Shown here: in pieces, positions 27,101 to 37,402 of the stretch
Numbering within the stretch: the first letter of the stretch is position 1
Layout of the letters: every line of letters starts with the position of its first letter
DNA from: Epiperipatus broadwayi
Lineage: Eukaryota; Animalia; Onychophora
Assembly (NCBI GenBank): GCA_028023455.1
Contig: JAQFVV010000005.1
Span: 16,926,001-16,990,000 of the forward strand
Reading direction: 5' to 3'
Length of the DNA stretch: 64,000 nt
Notes under the pieces: model-generated
Database searches by the model: none
What the model was told of the DNA's origin: nothing
The model's input: only the letters and a program-made list of their open reading frames with translations
Translations under genes and position numbers: made by a program

Positions 27101-30100
27101 ATAAAAAAGGACTACTATATCTATATGTATATAAATAGATCAAATATCCACTGTCCTAAATCATTATTACTTACTGACAATGTAATGTCCTATTAAAGTT
27201 TGTGAAGACTAAAAATATTGAGATAATAAAATAAACTGTGTTAATAAAGTTGTGAGCAATGGCAAATTATCTCTAGCAATTATCAGTATTTATTAAGTGA
27301 TCTTAATACTTTAGGTGTCCTAATGAAATGAAGACTGATTCCTGGTTCTCTTTCCATGCAATCTGTAGCACTATTTCTTAATCCAAGTATATGTTACATA
27401 ATGAAAAAATTTAGCTAATCACAAATATTTTAGTGAATACAATTTATTCAAACCACTTCAAACACTTTTTAGCATAACTCTTTATTTATACATATATATA
27501 TATACACCTACGTTTCAACTGTCCTGCAGTCTTCTTCCGAGTCAACATTTTTTTAAGAAATTAAAATGAACTGACTGACTAAGACTGCAGGACAGTGGAA
27601 ACATAGGTACAACTTGATCTCGTTTTATGCGGATTATTTTAATGCAATTTTGAAGTTATGCAATTCATGTTTCTTCTTAATATTTTTCATATTTCACTAT
27701 ATTTATTAGATATCAAGAAATTTAAATTATTAATAACTTATTTTGACTTGAAATACTTTTTTTTTTTTTCAAAAATATAACGTTATATTAGCAGCTAACG
27801 TGAATATGGCCTGAAGCTATATTTAGAATAAATAACCTACTTATACTAATGAGTAACTAATAATAATAGATTTATACTTACATATAAAAATATTGCAATA
27901 AATATTCAAAAATTTTAAACTTTTAAAATGTATTTTGTTAGGTATAACAGAAATAATGTAGATTTTTAAAATAAATAACGAAGATTTTATTGATTTTATA
28001 AACTGAAAATAATATTTTTAATGATAATGTATATTCTTTTTATTTTGATTGCGATCCTCACTTTTTTAATATAGAAACAAAATGTGAACATTTAAAATTT
28101 ATTTCAGTAATAAAAATCATTGTCAACAGAAAACCATTAACACAGCACAAGACTGAAATTGGCACTAGTTGTGTAAATGGGATGGAACAGAATATGGTAA
28201 AAATTAGAGTGGGGAATGGAAAATAAAGTGGCTAACAAGTTTCTCTGGGCATAATTGCTGAGAGATTCTTGACTTCGTTCAAGAAAAGGCTACATCACAT
28301 CGATGAATCTGATTTCTTACCAGTTTACAAACAGCACATTCGAAAATAGCGATAATGATTAAAATACGTATGAAAAAATGTCAAATTAAATACTGTAGTT
28401 AATAAAAAAAAGTTTGTCTTGTACCAATTTTTTTCAAATATTTGATATTTTTTATTAGTCATACTTTATTTCCTTATTTTTTTAATGCGAATTTTGAAGT
28501 AATTTTTTCTTGTTGCTTTGCTTTTATGCGAATTCTGAAAATTACAGACCCTATCCCCCATTTTTCAAGGTAAATTAGTCTATTTTTGTGTGATTTTTTT
28601 TAATGCGGGTTTTCTGTGGAACCTATCTACCGCATAAAACGAGACCCAGGTGTATATGTATATATGTAAAAATAAAGAGTTTTGCTAAAAAGTGTTCGAA
28701 GCGGTTTGGATAAATTGTATTTATAGGATATTACAGCAAAATAAAGAAAAGTGTGATTTTGGTAATAGTTATGAAATATTTTAGTGCTGGCATGTTTAAA
28801 TCACGAGTTATGAAATGAAATGTGGCAGTGTATTTTGTATTTTAACCCCCAAGATGGAACAATGTGTTAACATTAAATTTTAAGTTAGGCAAAACTACTA
28901 CTGATATGTTTGAAATGATTCAAACTGCATATAAAACAGTGAAGCCATGAATTGCATGAACATTTTCAAATGGTTGATAAGATTTTGGGTGGCCAGGGAG
29001 AGCTTGAAGATGATGTATAAAGGTATAAAACACAATGCCACATTTCATGTCATAATTTGTGATCCAGACATGCTATTATTTTACAATTTTCTGTGTTGAA
29101 TTGCTAAATATATTGCTAGGTAATAAGTATTGATTTAAAGATAGCGTTGTAGGCAACTTAATGAGAAAACCAGTCACCTTTTCACCAAAATACATTGTGT
29201 ATACTATTACCATCAAGTATACTAGGCTAGTTCAGTAACACATAAACAAAGATAATTGGAGTTCAGCTTTATATTGAATAGAAATTTTAAAAAAAGATTG
29301 GCATAATAAATGAGATGTTCATAATTCTACTAATATTTAAAAAATCCTCCATACACTCATTTTCTTTACAAATCCTCTTTTACTATGTGTGAGGAAATAT
29401 TTATATATTGGAATATGTCAATTCTGAAAAAAAAAAAAAAGTATTTAATAATTTATTAAACTATAATTCTACTACTGGGATTGATTCCCAGCTAAAAAAT
29501 ATATAAGCCTATCATACTAAAACTTGGATGCCTCTTGAATCCCTAAACAACTAACCATATGAATATTTATTTTATTCCATGACTTATAAATATAAAAATT
29601 TAAATGCCTGAACAAAATTTTCACCTAAAATAATGATCGTAATAAGATATAGATATTAAAATAGGCAAAGCTCTCTATAGAGTAGTGCCATTCAGTGCAA
29701 GCCAGGGTAATCAATGGATGCCAGAAGGCTTATCATAAAATCCTTATCTAGTGCCTACTCATCCAATATCTCCAGATTAGTTTCTAACTCGTGGCTTTCG
29801 TCAGTGATGAGTCTTGGATTGAGAGCACTGCACCTAGATCTTAGGATCTAATGCAACCCTCCAACAGCCACCTTTTATCTCTACTTAACCACAAAACTAT
29901 GAGAATAAAATTGAAAACACAATATTTTCAATCCAAGCTCATTAGTTTATATAGTCATATAGGTCTGAACTCAATTCAGTACCCATATATTTTGGTGTCT
30001 TTGGTTCTTTAATAACCATAGCCACCACTATCCTATTAGGCAGGATTTTATGCACAAACCTTCTGGCATCCATTGATTACTGTGGCTTGCACTGAGTGTA

Positions 30101-33100
30101 CTACTGTATAGACAGTTTTGCCTGATTTAATAGTTATGTGCAAGCATAGGAAATGGTGATCATGTGATGTTTAGTGGTTTAAGATAGATAGATTAGAATA
30201 GGAATAACCAAGAAGACATATAGATAAAGCTTAAAATTTAGAATGGCTAAATGCATTAAATAAATCATTCTTCTACATGAAGTAAAACATCAATCTTAAG
30301 GAAGATATTAGAAAAATGACAGAAATAGAAACATGATATCTGAAGATATAAAAAGAAAATGGAGAAGATAATATATACTTGGGACATTTATTAAGAGAAC
30401 TTCAATACAAATGGCAATGATAATTGTATTGATAACAGTTCAGAAGATTAACAGAAAAAAAAAGTTTGACATAAAAAGATTGAACCTGTCTATTAAAAAC
30501 TGACTAAGGCAGGCTAGAGTATAGATTAAGCTGAATTTGTTATTAACATGCATCCAATTACAAGAACGAAAGCTTTTGTTAAATTAAAATATAAAAATTA
30601 CAAATGGTACAGTAGACAATTTCATCCAATGACATAGTAGGAGTCAATTATCTAAAGGTAAATATAACAATGAAGACATTGGTCTATTATATAACTAAGC
30701 CAGTGACGCAATGCAATTCACTGCTGATATTAAATATTGTGACAGAACACAGAACTTTTTTATATAAAGGATGAAGGCATAAAAGCTTTATTTTTGAAGA
30801 CTTGTTCATTGATGGTAGCTATGTATTTGAATGATTTAAATAAATATTAAAGTTTATGATGTAATTATCAATATTAAGACGCCAAAATTAATTCACTTAA
30901 GATTGTTAAAAGCAAAGACAAACTACCAGTAATGATAATCAAATATTGCATTTTAGAGAATATTTTATTACTTAGCTGCTTTAAGAGCTGAGGATTCTTC
31001 TATATCTATGTTAAATAAAAGTATCTATATAAAGAAATCATGCACATTTTAAGAAGATATTCTAGTAAAGGAATAAATTTATGATTTATAAAAAGAAATT
31101 TTACTGCTACTTAACTTCTGAAAAATGGAAGAGTGGAAAGAATTGTAGTAAAAAAATCTACTAAAACTATATCATGCAATATCTATTCAAATGAGGATTA
31201 ATCATTGAAGATGGATGAGTGACTAATGATGAATAAAATTCATTATCCCTCATACTGACGAATTATAATCACTAGCCTATTAGCTAATTATATTAAATAA
31301 TAAAACATATATGTGTGTGTAGTAAATAAACAAAATAATTAAGAGGAAATGATTATAGACAGAATTAACAGCCATCATGCTTGAACAAACCAAGAGAAAA
31401 TACCAGCAATCTGTTACAAAGGCAACAGCCAAACAGAAATGCTGATATTCTAGTGGTTTGTTTAAATATGAGGGCTGTAATATAATTTACATATAATAAT
31501 CAACTAGTGGCAGTTTTGATTTATATATATTTGCATTACAAGAATTACTACTTAAAATAATAATAGCTATTTCTAATAAAAAAAATAGCTAAGCTAATTA
31601 TAAAGTATAAATGTAAGCTCACATTTATTCTACAAGATAATTTAAATTTTAATTGCAAATAGTTTTTTTAATTTTAAATAAATGATTGTGGAATTTTAAA
31701 AAAAATGTTTTAAAGGTTTAATTTCTTTATAAATTCCCAAGTTTTTAAAATTATTTTTCAAAAACCTTTGTCGGTAAAATATTTTAACAAACTAATATGA
31801 AAATACATCAGGGTATCCAGGCAACAAGGTACTACTACCAAGAGCTCATATTGATAATCATTGCTAATAATATATCGTTGCTTATCAACCCTTTAACACA
31901 ATTTGCCCTAGGATTTAACATTTGGAACTATATAATAAAATTATGAACTTTCACCATTAAGATGAACAAAAAATAAGTGAATATTTTTTTTTTAATAATG
32001 ATTCCAACACAATTGAAATAAAACAACTATAAAAATTTTAAAAAGGCTCTAATATAGGGCAAAAAGCGGTTCAATAATAAAGAAAATATTTATTTTTATA
32101 TAGTTGTTTTTGAAAACAACATTATAGACAAATTTATGTCTAACCATTGTTAAGGATTAAACATTGATTTATAAAAGATCAATAAGCTAATAATTAGTTA
32201 GAATGAAAGGGAACTCTGAAGAAGATTGTCAGATAGTGAAAATTGTTAGCTATTTATGGAAATTTGAAATTGGCAATAAAACATTGTGTAAAGTAAATAC
32301 ATTGTTTAATTGTAAATAATATTATGTGGGTAAAGTGCATGATTTGTGGCTATTCAATAATTCAGGTAATTTTCCTCTGAACAAATATCGTTTTAATGAT
32401 ATCAAGTTAAATAAGCCATCACATGATCACCATTCTTTATGCTTACACAAGCTGTTTAAACAGAGGCAAAACTCTCTACACAGTAGTGCCACTCAGTGCA
32501 AAACAGAGTAATCAATGAATACAGGAAGGTTTATGCATAAAATCCCTATCTAGTGTCTACTCATCCAATATCCCCAGACTAGTTTCTAGCTTGTGGCTTT
32601 CATTAGTGTGGAACTTTGGATCTAAGAGAACTGTATCTAGATCTTAGGATCCAAATGCAACCCTCCAGAAGCCACCTTTTATCTATTTACTTAACTATAA
32701 GATTAGAAGCCCAAACCGAAAACACCAATCGAAGCTATTTGCTTGTATACTCATACAGATCTTAATTCAGCATCGATACTTTTTGGTGTTTTTGGTTCTT
32801 TAATAACTACAGTCACCATAATCCTATTGGGCAGGAATGGTATTAAACCACTAAACATCATATGATCACCATTCTTTATGCTTAAACAAGATGTTTACAC
32901 GGAGACAAAACTCTCCATATAGTAGCGCCACTCAGTGCAAGCCAGAGTAATCAATGGATGCAGGAAGATTTATGCAAAAAATCCTTATCTAGTGCCTAGG
33001 CACTAGATAGGGATTTTTTGCATAAACCTTCCTGCATTCATTGATTACTCTGGCTTGCACTGAGTGGTGCTGCTGTTTTGTCTCTGTATAGTTGAAAACA

Positions 33101-35243
33101 AAAGTGGATTGAAAAGATCGTAAAAGACAGAAAGAGCTAATGTGTGAAATGAATGAATAAGGTAAAAAATTTATTGGAATGTGTGTGAAAAAAAAAAACT
33201 ATGGCAAAAAAACTGGATTAAACTTGGATTATTCTAAGCAGATCGATATTAGATGAAATGATAATGATAAAGATTTTTCTTAAAAAAGAAAAGATAATTC
33301 ATAGTTTGCTTTATTTACTTTCAATATTGAAATGATAATCAGAAGGAACTTGCATTTTTTTAACCAGTGTATTTTTTTTTTAAATAAAGCTTTTAGCCTT
33401 TATTATTCCCAAACATATATGAAAGTTTTTTAAATCAGAGTGATTATTTACATACCAAAACAGGATATTACATAACTCTCAAACTTAGTTTAAAATCTGC
33501 AACAACAGCAATAATATATTACATATCCAAACACTACAGCCATGTATGAAATAATTAAAGAATAGATTGATCTAGAGTTTAGTTTTAAAATTTTTCAATA
33601 TTTTTAGTCATTATCTTGACTAGTGTATTAGAAGTAATGGTTGCTGTTGCAATCCAGTGCTTATTGTTGAGGAAGACTAACAGCCAAAAACTATTCTGAG
33701 AATCTGGTTGATACTGCCATCTTACTGTGAAATAAATATTAGTGTTGGCAATTAATAAGCTCAGAAAAGAGTAAACGGATGATAGTTTATGACCAATAAA
33801 TCTGCTATTTGTTGGTCCCTGATTTATACAATTGTGTCATAAGATTGTCACAAGTATTAAACCAAAAGATCCAGGTGCACTAGATCTAGATCTAATCTCT
33901 TCAAAAACTGTTCTTAAGCCAAAAAGTTATCTGGAATATGAATAAGGAACTCTGGATACATATTCAATACATATAACTATTTAGGATCTATCAATTACTC
34001 AACATGACATGGGTATATTACTAACAATTGAATGAATGTGGAAAAATATAAATACATATTGGTTTTTGCTAAAAATATTAACAATTGGATTAGATGATAG
34101 AAATAAATCAATATGTAATCCCAATTTTTGGATTGTGTCCGATTTGAAGAATCGTCCCAAATCTACAATTTCTGTGAAGCAACTAACAGTAGAGAAATTA
34201 GAATAGATCTTGATGGAAAATGGAGAATTGTTTTAAAATTTTTTTAATGAACTTGTCATTTAGTTTCCCAAATTTAACCCATTCTTATCATACTTATGTG
34301 AAAATATTGAGAAAGAATGTATACTTCCATTGAAATCATTTGTTTTATTAACTTTGTGCGATTATACCTCAATAATAGAGTAATGAATTCAAAAAATCGT
34401 TTCTACACTGAATGTCAGGGAAGTTTTAAAAAAAAAAAAAACTTTAAAAGCTTTCGGTTAACTGAAGAGATATGGGGTGCTCGGTGTCGATTTTCCAAGT
34501 AATTGACAGTACGATTACACAATACCTAGAAATAACTTTTGTAAAAGAAAAATAATATACACATACTAAATTTCATTTGAATCAATATCTGTATAATAAT
34601 GTGATATTTAAATCTTTTTTTAATTAAGGTCTAATTAAGATATGTTAAATTTATTCTAAATTATTTGATATTAAAATATAATTTTAATCATTTAAAAAAA
34701 GTATCTCATTAAACTAAAGAACTCAAAATCAAAACCACAATTATTACAAGTGTCTAGAAAAGTCATGGAATAAACCTAAAGCAAAAAAATTGAGCACTAT
34801 ATATAAAAATAGTTAGCGGACCTATGGCACATGAAAGGATAATATAGGCAGAAAAGGCTGTAATATATATATACAGTAATGGAAATTTTGATATTTTACC
34901 ACCAATTACTATTAATTGTTCAGAAATATTATCAAATTCACTACTTCCTTTATTTTGCTGTAATAAAAATAAACTAGAATGGATAAATTGTACTATTAAT
35001 TGAACCGAAAATCCATTCCATTACGCTATAACTAAAAATTTATATTTCAAGAGTATATAATTTGACAGATAACGTTTACATTTCAATCAAGCCAACTACA
35101 GATCACTTTATGAATAAAAAACCAATAATTACCTCTACTTTGGCGCGTACTACATCTTTATCTTCAACGTCATCAGTATCTTCGGATAAAATTACATTAA
35201 CTGACAAAAATATTACCAAAATGGATAATACCAGCGAAGACAT
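6150..35243 (-). CDS. SELENOM: Selenoprotein M gene, whole locus (ATG to putative poly(A) region); 4 coding exons, 402-nt CDS, 133 aa
   Basis: Manual splicing gives MSSLVLSILVIFLSVNVILSEDTDDVEDKDVVRAKVE|SCGGURLNGLPQVKQFIFEDVPLY|HNVEFIKIPGRNPELVLLNKDNEELE|RNDLSRLDRDQCNELLRRKGFYKKKNHEDEVPEAFRDGPYRELTDL*. All three introns are GT-AG with compatible phases (0,2,0). The sequence is colinear with human SelM (ARVETCGGU...IPFYHNL...PGADPELVLL...ELERIPLS...GFYRK...HADL). SECIS present downstream. Confidence 0.95.
6167..6172 (-). promoter_or_regulatory. Putative SELENOM polyadenylation signal AAUAAA
   Basis: First AATAAA downstream of the SECIS (~65 nt), followed by a U-rich tract. Confidence 0.5.
6237..6314 (-). 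promoter_or_regulatory. SECIS element (type I-like, AUGA core, apical AAA)
   Basis: Minus strand. Helix I: AUCUU(C)ACUGGAGU/ACUCCAGUAAGAU. Core: AUGAA (6296-6292)/GGAU (6260-6257). Helix II: AGUUACUGUU/GACAGUUUCU, 8 of 10 positions paired. Apical AAA (6280-6278) lies 11 nt above the core. Confidence 0.9.
6980..7980 (-). mobile_element. Highly eroded non-LTR RT-like fragment between the SELENOM stop and the SECIS
   Basis: Traces TKAKFFIQNEQN, NKSP, RLLNV and QSFSGE in colinear order, with many stops. Confidence 0.3.
9556..9696 (-). CDS. SELENOM: SELENOM last coding exon
   Basis: (t)n-ccag|AGG AAC GAT ...; GFYKK motif; C-terminal ELTDL resembles the ER-retrieval-like HADL of human SelM; TAA at 9558-9556. 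Confidence 0.95.
   Translation of the reverse strand, partial: RNDLSRLDRDQCNELLRRKGFYKKKNHEDEVPEAFRDGPYRELTDL
10226..10340 (+). mobile_element. PLE pseudo-LTR remnant with hammerhead-like core
   Basis: CTGATGA(10238-44)-A-GACTG-CTGGA-CAGTC-GAAA-CTGTA; homologous to 43873-43990. Confidence 0.65.
11080..11340 (+). repeat. Dispersed SINE-like repeat (other copies at 44620-44870 minus and 18880-18930 plus)
   Basis: Direct homology between copies; B-box-like GTTCAAATCC. Confidence 0.55.
11400..13170 (-). mobile_element. Decayed Ty3/gypsy gag (coiled-coil N-terminus plus capsid domain)
   Basis: FRGNVGKSSLTHLESLEELFRF...IAVASNHLQGTAEE*RN...LKSFWNEESQ matches the Retrotrans_gag/Arc-type capsid pattern; MDEN/MNEN repeats upstream; many stops. 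Confidence 0.6.
13900..14240 (+). mobile_element. Penelope-like RT fragment
   Basis: QQCKGLSMGNCL...MNHFE...KPIFHVRYMDDYF. Confidence 0.75.
16214..17089. mobile_element. 308-nt-unit family, insertion 1: tandem plus inverted concatemer
   Basis: Forward unit starts at 16209 and 16517 (period 308); inversion at ~16539; inverted period 309; ATTTCCCAATTG duplicated at 16202-16213 and 17090-17101. Confidence 0.9.
17985..18790. repeat. Three ~150-bp tandem units; the third is interrupted by a 308-family insertion
   Basis: gcaaagagaa...gaaaaatgggg...aaaaagtgtac recurs at ~150-bp spacing. Confidence 0.85.
18326..18685. mobile_element. 308-nt-unit family, insertion 2: fold-back
   Basis: Forward arm to ~18544, then inverted arm; TTTTAATAAATTGTAAT duplicated at 18309-18325 and 18686-18702. 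Confidence 0.88.
19860..21230 (-). mobile_element. Eroded non-LTR (RTE-like) RT fragment
   Basis: Traces resembling QFGFRKxR, IxERxLE and GVRQG regions in order; many frameshifts. Confidence 0.4.
21717..21825 (-). mobile_element. tRNA-derived short retrocopy/SINE (Leu/Ser-type cloverleaf, 21817-21738)
   Basis: A box TGGTCGAGAGG, B box GGTTCGCTTCC, paired acceptor/D/anticodon arms; 14-bp TSD GTTCATACTTAGTT at 21703-21716 and 21826-21839. Confidence 0.85.
22835..22913 (-). CDS. SELENOM: SELENOM coding exon 3
   Basis: attttag|T CAT AAT GTT ... GAA TTG GAG|gtaa; 79 nt; HNVEFIKIPGRNPELVLL. Confidence 0.96.
24140..24480 (+). mobile_element. PLE GIY-YIG endonuclease fragment
   Basis: NCIYEIPCKCERIYIGE...HMFNWENTKILDRE...RKFKE. 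Confidence 0.8.
26384..26454 (-). CDS. SELENOM: SELENOM coding exon 2 with selenocysteine UGA (26442-26440)
   Basis: (t)n-cag|AGT TGC GGA GGA TGA CGA CTG ... CCT TTA TA|gtatcc; 71 nt; CxxU redox motif. Confidence 0.96.
27503..27609. mobile_element. Inverted pair of short pLTR/hammerhead-like remnants
   Basis: aagactgcaggacagt(t/g)gaaac(g/a)tagg present on both strands with a ~45-bp spacer. Confidence 0.6.
27610..28652. mobile_element. Non-autonomous Tigger/pogo-like TIR element
   Basis: TA-caacttgatctcgttttatgcgg versus ccgcataaaacgagacccaggtg-TA (22/25 match including the TA TSD). Confidence 0.8.
28780..29015 (+). mobile_element. Mariner transposase 5' fragment (related leader at ~61400-61480)
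   Basis: MEQCVNIKF..KLGKTTTDMFEMIQTAY...FKW..RF...RESLEDD. Confidence 0.75.
29666..30179. mobile_element. Retrozyme-family fold-back insertion in SELENOM intron 1
   Basis: Forward arm to ~30045, then inversion via ggatt microhomology; hammerhead on minus strand 29811-29769; diverged flanking duplication 29643-29665 and 30180-30202 (19/23). Confidence 0.85.
32408..33090. mobile_element. Retrozyme-family tandem (period 439) plus palindromic fold-back in SELENOM intron 1
   Basis: catca(c/t)atgatcacc at 32417 and 32856; zero-spacer inversion at cct|agg 32997/32998; hammerhead-like motif on minus 32612-32571 with G5>A. Confidence 0.88.
35133..35243 (-). CDS. SELENOM: SELENOM coding exon 1 (signal peptide ... 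RAKVE)
   Basis: ATG at 35243-35241; hydrophobic N-terminus; ends GTA GAG|gtaatt (donor at 35132); 111 nt. Confidence 0.92.
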
Positions 35244-36034
35244 GTTGTCATTGCTTTTTTTTGCTGAGAGGCAACGTGTCATTAATACAACTACAATAAG
35301 ATAGCGCCTGGTGCCATCCAAGCGAATCAGAATCGTACTATTTCGTTAGAAAACATGTTAATTAACTCATGAATAAAAACTTTTTTCTCTTTCTGTATTA
35401 TATTATTCATGACAAACGTATTGAAACTTAATTAATTACTGTAACTAAATTATCATAATAAAGTAATTAAGTTGTAAAAGACATTCGAAATCTATCTACC
35501 TAATATATATATACACCTACAGTGTATATATAAATATTGTGAAAATTGTAGGCTTATTAAAGAATAGTAATATTTGATTAAATTTATTTTTATTTTTAAA
35601 AATTTAGCGGCTACTTAATTTTATTCTAAATATCAGTTTATAAATATTCATAATCTAAACTCATTAATGTTTCACGAGATTCCTTTGTTAATAATTGTTA
35701 TAGTATAAATAGTGTGTAATTTAAGTGACTTGGTTTGCTGCTGGAAAACAAACTTGCTAAGTAATTAATAATTTTTATTAGGCATTTATTAGACTAGAGA
35801 TTATCCACTTAACAAATACTATTTCTGCAGTGTAAATTTTCGCTGCACCATTGTCACGCGAGATGGGGACTGTTTTCTATCCGATTTTGATATCTTGTGA
35901 AGAGATGTAAACTTAAACATATGACTAAAGACATGTAAATAAAGGTGTATGATCCCCAAGATGCACATTTCACACTGAACTAGTGCTCATCAAGTAGCCC
36001 AAATCACAATCTCTTACACATATCTTTATTATTT

Positions 36035-36239
36035 AAACCAATAAACATCACATGATCACCATTTTTTATGCTAGCTTATAACTGTTATTAAACAGGCAAA
36101 ACTATCTATATGTATTGCCACTCAGTCAGTGCAAGCCAGAGTAATCAATGGATGCCAGAAGGCTTGTGCTTAAAATCCCCATCTAGTGCCTACTCATCCA
36201 ATATCCCCAGACTAGTTTCTGGCTTGTGCCTGTTTAATA
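36035..36239. mobile_element. Retrozyme-family copy with 13-nt terminal inversion, ~800 bp upstream of the SELENOM ATG
   Basis: ATCTTTATTATTT TSD at 36022-36034 and 36240-36252; gcctgtttaataa is the inverse of ttattaaacaggc. Confidence 0.85.
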
Positions 36240-36299
36240 ATCTTTATTATTTGTGCATCTTGGGGATCGTATATTTTTTTCATATCTTTGGTCATATGT

Positions 36300-36462
36300 T
36301 TCTGATTACACCCCACACCAGAGGTTAAATGTGGATGGAAACCAGTCCCTACTTTGTGTGAGAATGCTGTAGTGAAAATTACACTAAGCTGTATTCACAC
36401 ATTAAGATTCTTGAATACCAAATTTAAGTCACATGCTCTAACCAACTGAGCTATTCTGTCAA
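36300..36462 (-). mobile_element. tRNA-derived SINE (related copy at 50640-50770, minus)
   Basis: TAGCTCAGTTGGTTAGAGCA A-box/D-arm; shared body ttgaatac...gtgaaaatta-cac in both copies. Confidence 0.6.
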
Positions 36463-36589
36463 AGGCAATATATAGTAGAAATTTGATTATATTTATATAC
36501 GAGGGTTGGTTCAAATCCTTCTGAGTCCTTCAAATTTTTTTTTTGAAGAGCAAAACTAATTAGTTTATATATATATTATTGTTTAATAT

Positions 36590-36850
36590 TTTTCCTAAGA
36601 GCAAGATTAATTAGAGGCTTCCATACATTGTGTATTGCCACACTGGGTTAACTTATATGATTATTAACCATTGTCATATGAGCAGCTTCTTTGAATTTTC
36701 TATGTATTTTTTCCTCTTTATCCAATATCTTTGTATTTTTCCAATTAAACATATGATCATTAGTATATATATGATCTATTATAGTAGACACATCTGTTTT
36801 TTCTCTTTTAACCATTAGTTTATGTTCTTTCAACCGCTGTTCAACAGGGA
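36590..36850 (-). mobile_element. PLE GIY-YIG C-terminal fragment (same family as 24140-24480)
   Basis: MKEHKLMVKREKTDVSTIIDH...HMFNWKNTKILDKE...RKFKEAAH...QPS...WKPLI. Confidence 0.8.
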
Positions 36851-37402
36851 ACAGATCTCACCAAAATATTTCCTTCCAGATCACATGGCTAAACTGAGGA
36901 AAATTCTGGATTGGTATTTTTCTTTGCAGCAAAAAAAATATTTTATTTTCACAACAAAACAATAAAGTTTACAGAAATCATTAAAATGCTGAATAATTGT
37001 GAGTTTAGCTTTTCTGTATGACATTACACAAAAACTTGATCAGTTCAATCGTTTATAGAATGAAACTAAATAATTTCACATATAGCAAATAAAAAATTTG
37101 CTTTTGAAGAATCCAGTATATGCACACATATTTCTACATGAGCACATCCATGTGGTAAAATGAGATACGAAAAATGAGTCATTACATATAATTAAAATGT
37201 TCTTCCACTTCTCCTTCTTATTTGCATTGCTGAATTATATATAATATAATATAATACACCATATACATCTTAATTGACACTCTACAATGCAGTTTAACTT
37301 ATGATTTATTTTTATCTCCTCTTGCCTACACTTTCGACAGTCCAGCAATCATCATCAGAGCTACAACATTTAAACATATACAATTAATATCTGTCTATAC
37401 AT

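Noticed and set aside
35830-35935. CpG-rich exon-like segment on the plus strand upstream of SELENOM (possible divergent gene)
   Set aside because: All frames stop and no further plus-strand exons were found; more likely promoter-proximal sequence
36090-36170. Twister-sister-like UGCAAG loop on the non-hammerhead strand of the retrozyme (similar string in the 335 unit)
   Set aside because: Only the loop matches; no P1, P2 or L1 support and it is not kept in the 48468 copy
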